Below, piece after piece: positions 9,858 through 18,606 of a DNA stretch of 64,000 bases. Source of the stretch: Candidatus Bathyarchaeota archaeon (GTDB lineage Archaea; Thermoproteota; Bathyarchaeia; 40CM-2-53-6); assembly GCA_963726255.1 (NCBI GenBank), contig CAVSBL010000002.1, forward strand, positions 1,280,001-1,344,000. The letters are read 5' to 3'. How positions within the stretch are numbered: the first letter of the stretch is position 1; each line of letters begins with the position of its first letter. The notes below the pieces were generated by a model that saw nothing but the letters and a program-made list of their open reading frames with translations, was not told the DNA's origin and searched no databases. The position numbers were made by a program, and so were the translations under genes.

Positions 9858-10625
9858 CTAAATGATGATGAGGAAAAAGAACAGTACAACGATGAGGATT
9901 CTGTATATTCCGAATGGCATGAAGCTGTGTTTCCTCACGTAATTGAGGAGCAGCTTGATCGCAACTAGGGCAACAAGGAATGAAGTTACAAATCCTACGG
10001 CAAGTAGGTTGACTTCCCCCGACGAGAATGCTGTGTAAGAATTTAGGAGATCGAACCCGGAAGCCGCAATCATCGTCGGAACAGCAAGCAGGAAGGAAAA
10101 CAGAGCAATCGTCTGCCGTTTCATTCCCAAAACCAGGCCGCCTGTAATGGTCGCAGTAGACCTCGAAACGCCAGGAATTACTGAAATCGTCTGAAAGAGC
10201 CCGATCAGCAAACAGTGCTTGTATGGAATTTTCGCAATCACGTCAATTTGCGACCTCTCTTTGTAGCGCCATTCGAACAAGACGATGAATACCCCCCCAA
10301 CAAGTAACGCCCACAAGACAATTTGTTGATTCCCGAACAATACGTCCTTGAAGAACCTGTAGATGAGGAGGCCCACGATACCTGTTGGAATGAAAGCGAC
10401 TATCAGCCGTTTCAGGACCTCTACTTGCAGGAAGAGCCTCCAGTACAATGCAACTACCGCGAGAATTGAACCAAACTCCAGGATCAACTCGAAACTCTTT
10501 ACGAATGGCGTCTGTGCCACGTTCAGAATTGCCGCTGTAAGGATAGTGTGGCCCGTCGACGAGACTGGCAGGAACTCCGTAATCCCTTCAACGACTGCCA
10601 GTATGATAGCTGTTAGGTAATCCAT
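9858..10625 (-). CDS. uppP: undecaprenyl-diphosphate phosphatase (BacA family)
   Basis: VEGITEFLPVSSTGH and IPGVSRS motifs; multiple TM segments. Confidence 0.93.
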   Translation of the reverse strand: MDYLTAIILAVVEGITEFLPVSSTGHTILTAAILNVAQTPFVKSFELILEFGSILAVVALYWRLFLQVEVLKRLIVAFIPTGIVGLLIYRFFKDVLFGNQQIVLWALLVGGVFIVLFEWRYKERSQIDVIAKIPYKHCLLIGLFQTISVIPGVSRSTATITGGLVLGMKRQTIALFSFLLAVPTMIAASGFDLLNSYTAFSSGEVNLLAVGFVTSFLVALVAIKLLLNYVRKHSFMPFGIYRILIVVLFFFLIII

Positions 10626-10805
10626 TCTTCGTGCGCCTCTGTTAAGCGACCTTGTAGGCGAAGTTCTTCAGATTTCTCGGGTTTCTCACCTGAATATACA
10701 TTAGGGTTCCGGTAACAAAATCAACCCCGAAAACGAAACTTGACAAGAAACCTTCGAAGGAAGCCTTAATTTCAACTCTCATTCCCACAAACCACGAACG
10801 AAACA

Positions 10806-11384
10806 TTGGCAATAGAAATTAACAAGCAATCCGCGCTTGTCGTTGTCGACATTCAGAATGACTTCTGCCCGGGCGGAGCCCTGCCAGTGCAGAATGGAGA
10901 CAAAGTCGTTCCAGTCCTGAACAAGTACATCGAGAAGTTTAGGAAGGCTGGTGTGCGAATACTCTTCACGAGAGATTGGCACCCGCCCGACCATAGTTCC
11001 TTCAAAGCTCAGGGGGGGCCTTGGCCTCCGCACTGCGTTCAGAACAGCGAAGGCGCAAAGTTTCGCAACGACCTCCTAATCCCACCTGAGGGCGAAATTG
11101 TTTCGAAGGCGGACAAAAAGGATGAGGCTTACTCATTCTTTCAAGGAACAGACTTAGCGGAGAAGCTCAAGGAACGAGGAATTAAGCGGTTACTTGTTGG
11201 TGGCCTAGCGACTGACTATTGCGTGAAGGAAACCGTGCTTGATGGGCTGAAGTATGGATTCGAGGTCTTCGTTTTGGATGACGCTTCAAAGGGCGTGAAT
11301 GTCAACCCTGGTGACTCTGACAACGCATTGCATCTAATGGTTGCGAAGGGAGCCAAACGAATTAGAGTTCAGGACATCGCCTAA
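10806..11384 (+). CDS. pncA: nicotinamidase/pyrazinamidase
   Basis: VVDIQNDFCPGGAL, TRDWHP, WPPHCVQ, GLATDYCV. Confidence 0.93.
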   Translation: MAIEINKQSALVVVDIQNDFCPGGALPVQNGDKVVPVLNKYIEKFRKAGVRILFTRDWHPPDHSSFKAQGGPWPPHCVQNSEGAKFRNDLLIPPEGEIVSKADKKDEAYSFFQGTDLAEKLKERGIKRLLVGGLATDYCVKETVLDGLKYGFEVFVLDDASKGVNVNPGDSDNALHLMVAKGAKRIRVQDIA

Positions 11385-11444
11385 CAGAAGAAAGTCACCG
11401 TTGCACGCACGCCAAGATAGCTACTGGTCGGACTCTGACTCAAT

Positions 11445-11771
11445 CTAGCCGGGGAAGAAGTAGGGCATGGTTTGCGAGGGGGGCGCTGCCGTCCCTTCTC
11501 TTTCCGCATGCTTGGGCTTCTCTTCCACCCTAACGATTCTGATCTTCTGATGTTCCGCTAGGACCCTGTAGTCATCTGAAAAGTGCAGGTGATGGAGTAC
11601 ATGTTTGACATGCAGCTTGAGATCTTTGACTCCTAGCCGTTTTCCATTAGCCGTATCTGGGACGAGGAGTGTCTTGCCTTTCAAAGTAACCTCGGCTTTC
11701 AACCTCTGGCCCAGCAAATTGGCTATGTCGTTGCCGACCTTCTTGAGGTCACCTAACTCGACCTCTATCAT
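11445..11771 (-). CDS. ribosomal protein eL22 (L22e)-like protein
   Basis: GVKDLKLHVKHVLHHLHFSDDYRVLA resembles the eL22 signature [26 protein letters not shown]; size fits. Confidence 0.6.
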   Translation of the reverse strand: MIEVELGDLKKVGNDIANLLGQRLKAEVTLKGKTLLVPDTANGKRLGVKDLKLHVKHVLHHLHFSDDYRVLAEHQKIRIVRVEEKPKHAEREGTAAPPSQTMPYFFPG

Positions 11772-11861
11772 ATCAGGCAGCCCGAAGAAAGGCAGGTGGG
11801 ATTAGCTAATACATGTTGCCCTGATGGGCGTAGATGTCGGTTAGAGGGGTAGGCGGACAAT

Positions 11862-12023
11862 TTGTCCGCAGCCCTCGCACCTGAGGAATTCGAATTGGTC
11901 ATCCCTGAAAAGAAAACGACTTTTCCTCAAGTGATTACAGACCTTAACGACATGGAATTCCTTCAATCAGTTCACCAAGCCCACCTATGGGGTTCATTTG
12001 GCATATTCAGGAGACACGCGTGA
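11862..12023 (+). CDS. putative 53-aa small protein
   Basis: TTG start after a GAGGGGT SD-like motif; MSAALAPEEFELVIPEKK...FGIFRRHA. Confidence 0.4.
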   Translation: MSAALAPEEFELVIPEKKTTFPQVITDLNDMEFLQSVHQAHLWGSFGIFRRHA

Positions 12024-12245
12024 AAGTGCTAAACGGCTGAGTGGAAGCAACAGGTTTCGTTCCGCCGCCACTGAAATCTGCCTCAACCGTACTACTGCCT
12101 ACCGGCACAGTTGCAATTCGGCGTCATTCTGAACTGCCGTGGCCTTGTCAATGAAGAAGCGTGGCCTTGTAGGGGGTAATTCCTAATCTGAAGGGTAATT
12201 GTCACGGTGAAAGTACTGGTGAAGTACTCTTAGGAAATAGCGGTT

Positions 12246-13157
12246 TCAGTCAGATTCTGCATTGACGGGGTTCCGAAGGGTTCCAATTCGGTCAATGGTA
12301 CCTTCAACAATGTCGCCGTTCTTCAGGAAAGGTTCACCAGTGAAGGCTGCGACTCCCTCCGGCGTGCCTGTTGATATTATGTCCCCTGGCTTCAGGGTAA
12401 TCCCGGCGGAAATATACTCAATCAGGGAATCGATTTTGAAAATCATATTCCCCGTGTTGGATCGCTGTTTCGTCTTGCCATTCACTGAAAGTGAAATGTC
12501 TAGTTTGTGAGGGTCAGGGATTTCGTCCTTTGTCACTAGCCAGGGGCCTACGGGAAAGGCTGAGTCGAGCCCCTTTCCTTTTACCCAGTTTAGTCCCAAC
12601 GTGGTCTTGCCGTCAGGTAACCTTGTCGAGAACTGAAAGTCTCTGAAGCTGACATCATTTGATATGGCGTAACCCGCGACATAGTTCATAGCGTCCTCCT
12701 TTGCGATGTACTTTCCTTTTTTTCCTATGATTACTACCAGTTCTACCTCCCAGTCTACTTTCTTGGATACTTTGGGGATTAGAATTGGGTCGCCTGGGCC
12801 GATGAGGGCGTTTCTGAACTTCGTGAAAACATAGGGCTCAGTTGGAGGTTTCACGTTCTGCTCTTGGCTGTGGGATAGATAGTTGACGGCTAGGAGGAAT
12901 ATCTTCTCTGGAGTTTGAATTGGGCTAAGGAGTTTCACGTGTTCAAGCGAAACGCCATGCGAGGCCTTCGTTATTTTCTCTTCGGCCTGTTGAAGCGACT
13001 TAACAGCCCCAACCGAAAGAAGTTGGTCTATCGTAATCGATCCGCCTCGTATTGGTAACGGCAGCGTTTCGCCCGCGTCTTGAATGTCGAAGAGCAGGCC
13101 GCCCTTGACCATCCCGACCCTCGTTTCCCCGTTCTTGACGTAGTGTGCAAGCTTCAA
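12246..13157 (-). CDS. fumarylacetoacetate hydrolase family protein
   Basis: VDWEVELVVIIGK, NDVSFRD, KGKGLD, PGDIISTGTPEGV. Confidence 0.93.
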   Translation of the reverse strand: MKLAHYVKNGETRVGMVKGGLLFDIQDAGETLPLPIRGGSITIDQLLSVGAVKSLQQAEEKITKASHGVSLEHVKLLSPIQTPEKIFLLAVNYLSHSQEQNVKPPTEPYVFTKFRNALIGPGDPILIPKVSKKVDWEVELVVIIGKKGKYIAKEDAMNYVAGYAISNDVSFRDFQFSTRLPDGKTTLGLNWVKGKGLDSAFPVGPWLVTKDEIPDPHKLDISLSVNGKTKQRSNTGNMIFKIDSLIEYISAGITLKPGDIISTGTPEGVAAFTGEPFLKNGDIVEGTIDRIGTLRNPVNAESD

Positions 13158-13200
13158 CGTGCACAGCCATGTCTCTTATGCGGAACATATCGTGCCTATT

Positions 13201-14586
13201 CTAGGCCACTTTCTCTGCGCGTCGCGCGTACAGTCTAACCGTCTTGACGTTTGTGAATTCCAGAAGGCCATACCGCCCTAGTTCTCTTCCAATCCCGCTC
13301 TTCTTGATTCCACCGAACGGAACGCGTGGGTCTGATGCTACAACATTGTTCACGGTGACCACGCCGCTTTGGATTTCTCCGCAGAGCTTCTCAGCCTTCG
13401 ATAGGTCTTGCGTCCAGAGTGATGCCCCCAGGCCGAATTCCGTGGAATTCGCCACTTCAACTGCTTCTTCAGCACTCCCAACGACTATAACAGGAGCTAC
13501 AGGGCCGAAAACTTCTTCGCGCATCACGGGCATGTCCCGGGTAATGTTGGTCAAGACCGTTGGGGCGTAGAAGAAGCCTTTACGGTCTAGGCGGCGTCCG
13601 CCCACCATGATCTTTGCACCCATTTTCACAGAATCCTTTACCTGCCTCTCTATCTCTTCGAGCCCGCTCTCGTTAACCATCGGCCCAATGTCTGTTTCAG
13701 GGTTTAACGGGTCACCGACCTTGAGCTTTCCGACTTTCGACACGAATTGATCGGTAAATTTCTCGGCAATGGGTTTTTCAACGATAAAGCGCTTCGCAGC
13801 GATGCAGCTTTGGCCGCAGTTAACGAAACGCCCTGTGACGGCGCCGCTGGAAGTCAGCTCCACATCTGCGTCTTGAAGCACGATGAAGGGGTCGCTTCCG
13901 CCAAGTTCCAGTACGAATTTCTTCAGGTTCCTTCCAGCTCGTTCCCCCACTTTGCTTCCTACGCTCACGCTTCCAGTGAAAGTCACGGCGTTGGTATCTC
14001 CATCAATAATCTGGTCTGCGATTCGAGAATCACCTAAAACCGTCTTGAAACATCCTGACGGCAACCCAGCGTCGGTTAAAGCGGTTTCCAGGTTCACTCC
14101 GCTCTGAGGCGTTGCGCTCGCGGGTTTGAAGATCGTAGTGTTTCCGGCCGCAAGCGCAGGCGCAGTAAACCTTGCCAGCTGCCACATGGGAAAGTTCCAT
14201 GGCATGATGGCTGCTACAACCCCCAGTGGCTCGAATGCCACAAAACTCTTCGCCGCGTCAGTCTGCGCAAGTTCAGGTGTGAGAAAGCGCTCAGCATTTT
14301 CAGCGTAGTAGTCGAAGCCTAAGGCGCACTTTGCAACCTCAGCTGCGGACTCGCGGATAATCTTGCCCATCTCATTCGTCATGACGCGAGCGAGTTCATC
14401 CTTTCGTTCCCTCAGAATGCCAGCGGCTTTGGCTAGATACTTGCTACGTTCGGAGGGCCTAAGCTTCCGCCAATCATGGAAAGCTTTTCTGGCCCGTTCG
14501 ATAGCACTCCTCACTTGGTCTGGCGTAGCCATCTCATGTTCGGCTAGTTTTTCCCCGGTCGCGGGATTGACTGTGGCAAATTTCAT
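13201..14586 (-). CDS. NAD(P)-dependent aldehyde dehydrogenase (succinate-semialdehyde dehydrogenase-like)
   Basis: IMPWNFP, FTGS, LELGGSDP, GQSCIAAKR, EEVFGP, PFGGIKKSG. Confidence 0.93.
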   Translation of the reverse strand: MKFATVNPATGEKLAEHEMATPDQVRSAIERARKAFHDWRKLRPSERSKYLAKAAGILRERKDELARVMTNEMGKIIRESAAEVAKCALGFDYYAENAERFLTPELAQTDAAKSFVAFEPLGVVAAIMPWNFPMWQLARFTAPALAAGNTTIFKPASATPQSGVNLETALTDAGLPSGCFKTVLGDSRIADQIIDGDTNAVTFTGSVSVGSKVGERAGRNLKKFVLELGGSDPFIVLQDADVELTSSGAVTGRFVNCGQSCIAAKRFIVEKPIAEKFTDQFVSKVGKLKVGDPLNPETDIGPMVNESGLEEIERQVKDSVKMGAKIMVGGRRLDRKGFFYAPTVLTNITRDMPVMREEVFGPVAPVIVVGSAEEAVEVANSTEFGLGASLWTQDLSKAEKLCGEIQSGVVTVNNVVASDPRVPFGGIKKSGIGRELGRYGLLEFTNVKTVRLYARRAEKVA

Positions 14587-14689
14587 TTCAGAATCGACTC
14601 TAGAATCTCGGTACTTGGAGCCTAGCGATTTGTGTTGAGATTCGGTTGATATAATCCTTCATTCTTGCGAGCATAGTTCTCGTACTCGG

Positions 14690-14896
14690 CTACTTCATGG
14701 CCCACTTTACCCAAAGGGCGGAGATTAGAGCGGTGGCTATCGCTCCTGACGCTAAGAATATGGCGGCTTTCTGCCATAGGTTGAAGCCGTCGGCATAGAA
14801 CGCCAAGTAAATCACAATAAATGCGAACCAGCACGCGCTGACGAGAATCGTCCCTACAATTCTATTTCCCATCGAACTCATTGCCGCAGGCCTCAA
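14690..14896 (-). CDS. small 2-TM membrane protein
   Basis: Two hydrophobic helices; lies within the minus-strand cluster. Confidence 0.65.
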   Translation of the reverse strand: MRPAAMSSMGNRIVGTILVSACWFAFIVIYLAFYADGFNLWQKAAIFLASGAIATALISALWVKWAMK

Positions 14897-14976
14897 CCTT
14901 CTTTGAAGGCTAGTTTTGACACCGCACTATAGTATTGCTGGTGATTGCCAGAACTGAAACAGATGAATCGTTCCAA

Positions 14977-15942
14977 TCATCGTGCTTTGACAAGGCTGGG
15001 TAAACGTACAGGCGGCAGAGTTTGCTCGATCTCTGGCCTCCGGGGTTCAAGCCATGTTGGTAGGGTGAGGCGTGTTCCTAGTTGGTCGGTCGGTTCATCG
15101 ACCGTGAAGCCAGGCGGGTCAGTTGCAATTTCGAATAGGATGCCCCCCGGCTCTCGGTAGTAGATTGAATGGAAGTATTTGCGATCAATCACGGGCGTCA
15201 CATTCAGGCCAACTCCTAGTAGCTGTTCCCGCCAGGCTTTTTGCTGCACGTCGTCTGGTGTGCGCCAGGCGACGTGGTGAACGCTTCCCACACTAACAAT
15301 TCCTCGGGGAGCGTCGAGTTCAGTGAGGACGTCAACGATCGCTCCTGGTCCTCTTGGCCCAACTTCGTACCGAACGCGGTTCCCGTTCTGCGCTGTTCGG
15401 CGAAAACCCATCGTTTCAGTTAGGAGCGATGACGTTCGTTCAGGGCTGGCCTCTGACAGTGCAACACTGTGAAAACCACTCAGGCCATACTCAGATGGAA
15501 CTGGCCCCCCATTCCACACTCTGTCCTGGTGGATGTTGTCAGTGGCCACTAGTCCCAGTTGCAAGCCATCTGGGTCTGAGAAGGATAATACCTGCTCATT
15601 GAAGCGCGCCTTGGGGGCCTGGAATTGGACACCATGACTCTTGAGCCGGTCCATCCAGAAGTTAATCGCCGTCTCCGGGATTGAGAAGGAGGTGGTCGTT
15701 AGCTGGCCAGTTCCTATACGGCCGCTCGGGCCTCCTGGCCACGCAAAGAACGTGAGGATGGTGCCCGGGTGGCCTAGCTCGTCCCCATAGTAGAGGTGGT
15801 AGGTCGTAGGCTCATCAAAGTTCACTGTCAGCTTCACTAGTCGCAGTCCTAGGAGTCCAACGTAGAAGTCTATGTTCCTTTGCGGGTCGCTAGCAATGGC
15901 GGTAACATGGTGAACTCCAGGGATTTCTTTGTCCATATGCAA
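14977..15942 (-). CDS. ring-cleaving dioxygenase / glyoxalase (VOC, MhqO-like)
   Basis: GVHHVTAI, VNFDEPTTYHLYYGD, GSVHHVAWR, DRKYFHSIYYREPGGILFEIATD. Confidence 0.92.
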   Translation of the reverse strand: MHMDKEIPGVHHVTAIASDPQRNIDFYVGLLGLRLVKLTVNFDEPTTYHLYYGDELGHPGTILTFFAWPGGPSGRIGTGQLTTTSFSIPETAINFWMDRLKSHGVQFQAPKARFNEQVLSFSDPDGLQLGLVATDNIHQDRVWNGGPVPSEYGLSGFHSVALSEASPERTSSLLTETMGFRRTAQNGNRVRYEVGPRGPGAIVDVLTELDAPRGIVSVGSVHHVAWRTPDDVQQKAWREQLLGVGLNVTPVIDRKYFHSIYYREPGGILFEIATDPPGFTVDEPTDQLGTRLTLPTWLEPRRPEIEQTLPPVRLPSLVKAR

Positions 15943-16264
15943 CAGGTCTCTTGCAGTTGCTCCTTTGTTGGGAGGGCAATAAGCAATGCCCTTTCCAACC
16001 AGTGGAAATTGGTCTAGGAATCTTCCCGCTACCTTTTCTCCACGCAGAGTTAAGTAGCTGCCAGTGGCAAGATTTCACTCGCAGACAGGAAGCGATTCAG
16101 TTGACGAAAAAGCGCAGGGCGAAGCTACGAGCCAGAGAAAGTACTCCCCCAGTCGTGCCGATGACAGAACAGGTAGCGTAAGCGCAAATCTTCACCGTAC
16201 TGGTACAGCTGTGCACTAACCAGTATACGTCATAAAATCACGGAGCAAGTTTGTCGAATCGGTG

Positions 16265-16431
16265 CTATTCAGGTGGAATCCTTGAGAAGATCGCTGAGTA
16301 GTCGACTCTTTTCCCCGTCGGGCCAAACCTATAGTACGCGTAAATCAACGCCCCGATTATACCTAGAACGGCTGCCCATTCCAGCGCGTAAGAATTAGCA
16401 AGTCGAGATCTTTATTGCGTCTCTTCTCCAT
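16265..16431 (-). pseudogene. possible small single-TM protein with a 1-nt frameshift near 16390
   Basis: Adding one T gives MEKRRNKDLDLLILYALEWAAVLGIIGALIYAYYRFGPTGKRVDYSAIFSRIPPE. Confidence 0.3.
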
Positions 16432-16570
16432 TTCAAAGCAGTTACGACGAATGGTACCGAAGCTAAGGCCGACCTAAGTCAAATTTAGGGCGGTCGGAGA
16501 AATACAAGTCTATTAACGTAAACCGCCCCGTCGTAACGAGGCTGGGGTAGGGCATCTGTCGGAACAGACA

Positions 16571-17122
16571 TTGATACTTGTCGATAACAATGACAAGATC
16601 CTAGGTTATGCGCCGAGAAGCGTATGCCACACTGGGATGGGAAAACGTCATAGGGCCTTCGTAATCGCACTCTACAACAGTAAGGGAGAGATTCTGCTCC
16701 AACGAAGGAAGCACGCGCTCTTCAGCAACCTGTGGGACCTTGCCGGAGCAAGCCACCCGCTCCGACTACGTGGCCGAAATGAGTCATACGGGGAAGCGGC
16801 AGCCCGTTGCGTGAGGGACGAGTTGGGCGTCAAAGGGATCGCGTTTCGAAAGATAGGTGCCTTCAACTATTTCGCTCCACATGGGAAGAAGTGCGAGAAT
16901 GAACACTGCGCCCTCATAGTCGGAAAATATGATGGAAAGGTGAAGGCGAACCCTAAGGTCGCCTACGGCTTCAGGTGGACTTCGCTTCAAGAGACGCTCG
17001 CAGAGATACGAAGAAAACCAGAATCCTATGTGATGTGGGCGAAGCTTGGGGCAAAGCTGCTCCGAAGGCACTCACTTGGAAAAAAGTTATTGAAGGCAGA
17101 ACCTGAGCGGCAGAGAACCTAG
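16571..17122 (+). CDS. idi: type 1 isopentenyl-diphosphate delta-isomerase-like NUDIX protein
   Basis: ILVD...CH...HRAF...ILLQRR, ASHP, AAARCVRDELG, ENEHC, NPKVAYGFRW. Confidence 0.75.
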   Translation: MILVDNNDKILGYAPRSVCHTGMGKRHRAFVIALYNSKGEILLQRRKHALFSNLWDLAGASHPLRLRGRNESYGEAAARCVRDELGVKGIAFRKIGAFNYFAPHGKKCENEHCALIVGKYDGKVKANPKVAYGFRWTSLQETLAEIRRKPESYVMWAKLGAKLLRRHSLGKKLLKAEPERQRT

Positions 17123-17323
17123 ACGACGCGCAGGGCTTCGGCCGTATCTTGTTCACGTTCGCCGCGTCATATCACATTCAAATCTGGTTGCTCGTACCAC
17201 CAGACCCACCACCACGTTCACGCAGTGCGCGGTGAGGTCTGCCAGCACCCTTGGAATACGCCTTCGGTTCTAGGCGCTAGGTCTTTTATCGCAGCTGGAT
17301 GGGAGTCTGCCAGAGAGTTAGCA

Positions 17324-17956
17324 TTGGACAGGGCAGTTGTTTTCCGTACAAGAACCGTTGATCTCGCGCTTGGAGGCGTAATGGCAGCTTTGGCGCTCGT
17401 GATCCCGCTCGCGTTTCGTGGAACACCTCTTCAACTGAACTTACCCTTCTTAGGTTTCTCGGCGACGTTGGCTTCGCATGTTCCTGAGATGATCTCAGTA
17501 CTTGTTGGACCGTCGATGGCTTTCGCCGTAGGTGTAGCCTCCGCGTTGGGTTTCTTCGTTACGTTGAGTCCCGTGGTTGGTTTGAGAGCATTCACTCACG
17601 CTCTCTGGGGATCTTTAGCTGCAATCGCGTATTGATCGGGATGGAGTTACCTGAAAGTTATGATCATTATCGCGTTGCCCATCCACGCATTCGGAGAGGG
17701 GTTAGCGGTCATGGCTTTCGGGTTCCCCGTGCAAGCCGTACTCGTCACCATCGTGGGCACCGCTATCCACCACGTTATCGACTTGGTCATCTCGATGGGG
17801 GTCATTCGTGCTGCACGACCCATTCTGGCTCCGATAATATTGACCGGCGTCCGCTTGACTCAATCCTCTCAACAGAAGACCAAGCAGCAATGTTATACGA
17901 AGGGGGTTCAGGTGAGCGCTTGTTCAGGATTTTTTGATGAATCAAAATACTCGTGA
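17324..17956 (+). pseudogene. ECF transporter S component (NiaX-like) interrupted by an in-frame TGA at 17633-17635
   Basis: SATLASHVP...GFF...PVVGLRAFTH...IHAFGE...GTAIHH. The track ORFs 17225-17635 and 17660-17956 are in the same frame (AIAY*SGWSYLKVMII). Confidence 0.7.
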
Positions 17957-18091
17957 CTTCAACAGCACCCTATCTTTGGGCTATCGATGAAACAATAGTT
18001 GGTGGTAGTGCGCACCACCAGATCCATGCACATCAAAAACGACGTTACGGTCGCAGTACAGCTTGTGCACTCATTAGAATTCAAGTAGGGT

Positions 18092-18224
18092 TGGTGCTCC
18101 GGGCGGGATTCGAACCCGCAATCAGTGACTAAGGGGAACCTTTTCCCCGGCACCGAGCCTCGAAAGGCCACTATGCTCTCGGTCCAGCTTCATTCACTGG
18201 TTAACCGGGCTACACCACCGGAGC
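18092..18224 (-). tRNA. tRNA-Glu(TTC) with a 24-nt D-loop BHB intron and a ~30-nt anticodon-arm insert; encoded CCA
   Basis: GCTCCGG/CCGGAGC acceptor stem, GTGGC-CTTTCGA-GTCAC anticodon arm after removal, GCGGG-TTCGAAT-CCCGC T arm. The D-loop intron has a CGGT/ACCG central helix with TAA and AGA bulges. Confidence 0.88.
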
Positions 18225-18266
18225 TCCACTTCAAACGAAGCGCACGAGTCTTTAAGTTCTTTCGCG

Positions 18267-18542
18267 TCAGTAGGTTACTCGGAAATCTCGGAACTCTCCT
18301 CTCCACTCCTCCCAATTTACATCGAAATCTTGGACGTGGGCGCCAGGCGGTCCGCGTTGGCAAAAGGCTACGGCTTCCTCGACCTTTTCTTTTTCTCCTT
18401 CAAAGAGTGCTTCGACGTGTCCATCTGGTAAGTTGCGGACCCATCCCGTAAGGCCGAGCCGGTGAGCTAGATTGGCGGTCTCGGCTCGAAAGAACACACC
18501 TTGAACCCTCCCGCCCGCATAGACATGTGCTCTCGCCTTCAC
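18267..18542 (-). CDS. acyP: acylphosphatase
   Basis: GRVQGVFFR, GWVRNLPDGHVEA, GPPGAHV; probable GTG start at 18542. Confidence 0.92.
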   Translation of the reverse strand: MKARAHVYAGGRVQGVFFRAETANLAHRLGLTGWVRNLPDGHVEALFEGEKEKVEEAVAFCQRGPPGAHVQDFDVNWEEWRGEFRDFRVTY

Positions 18543-18606
18543 CGTCCCACACACCCATGCATGCATCTCTAAATAATCGCGGAATGAAAGTATCTCGTAG
18601 AATAGT

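Noticed and set aside
17633-17635. Selenocysteine codon
   Set aside because: The position is a loop of a membrane transporter, not a redox site, and no SECIS-like element was recognised.
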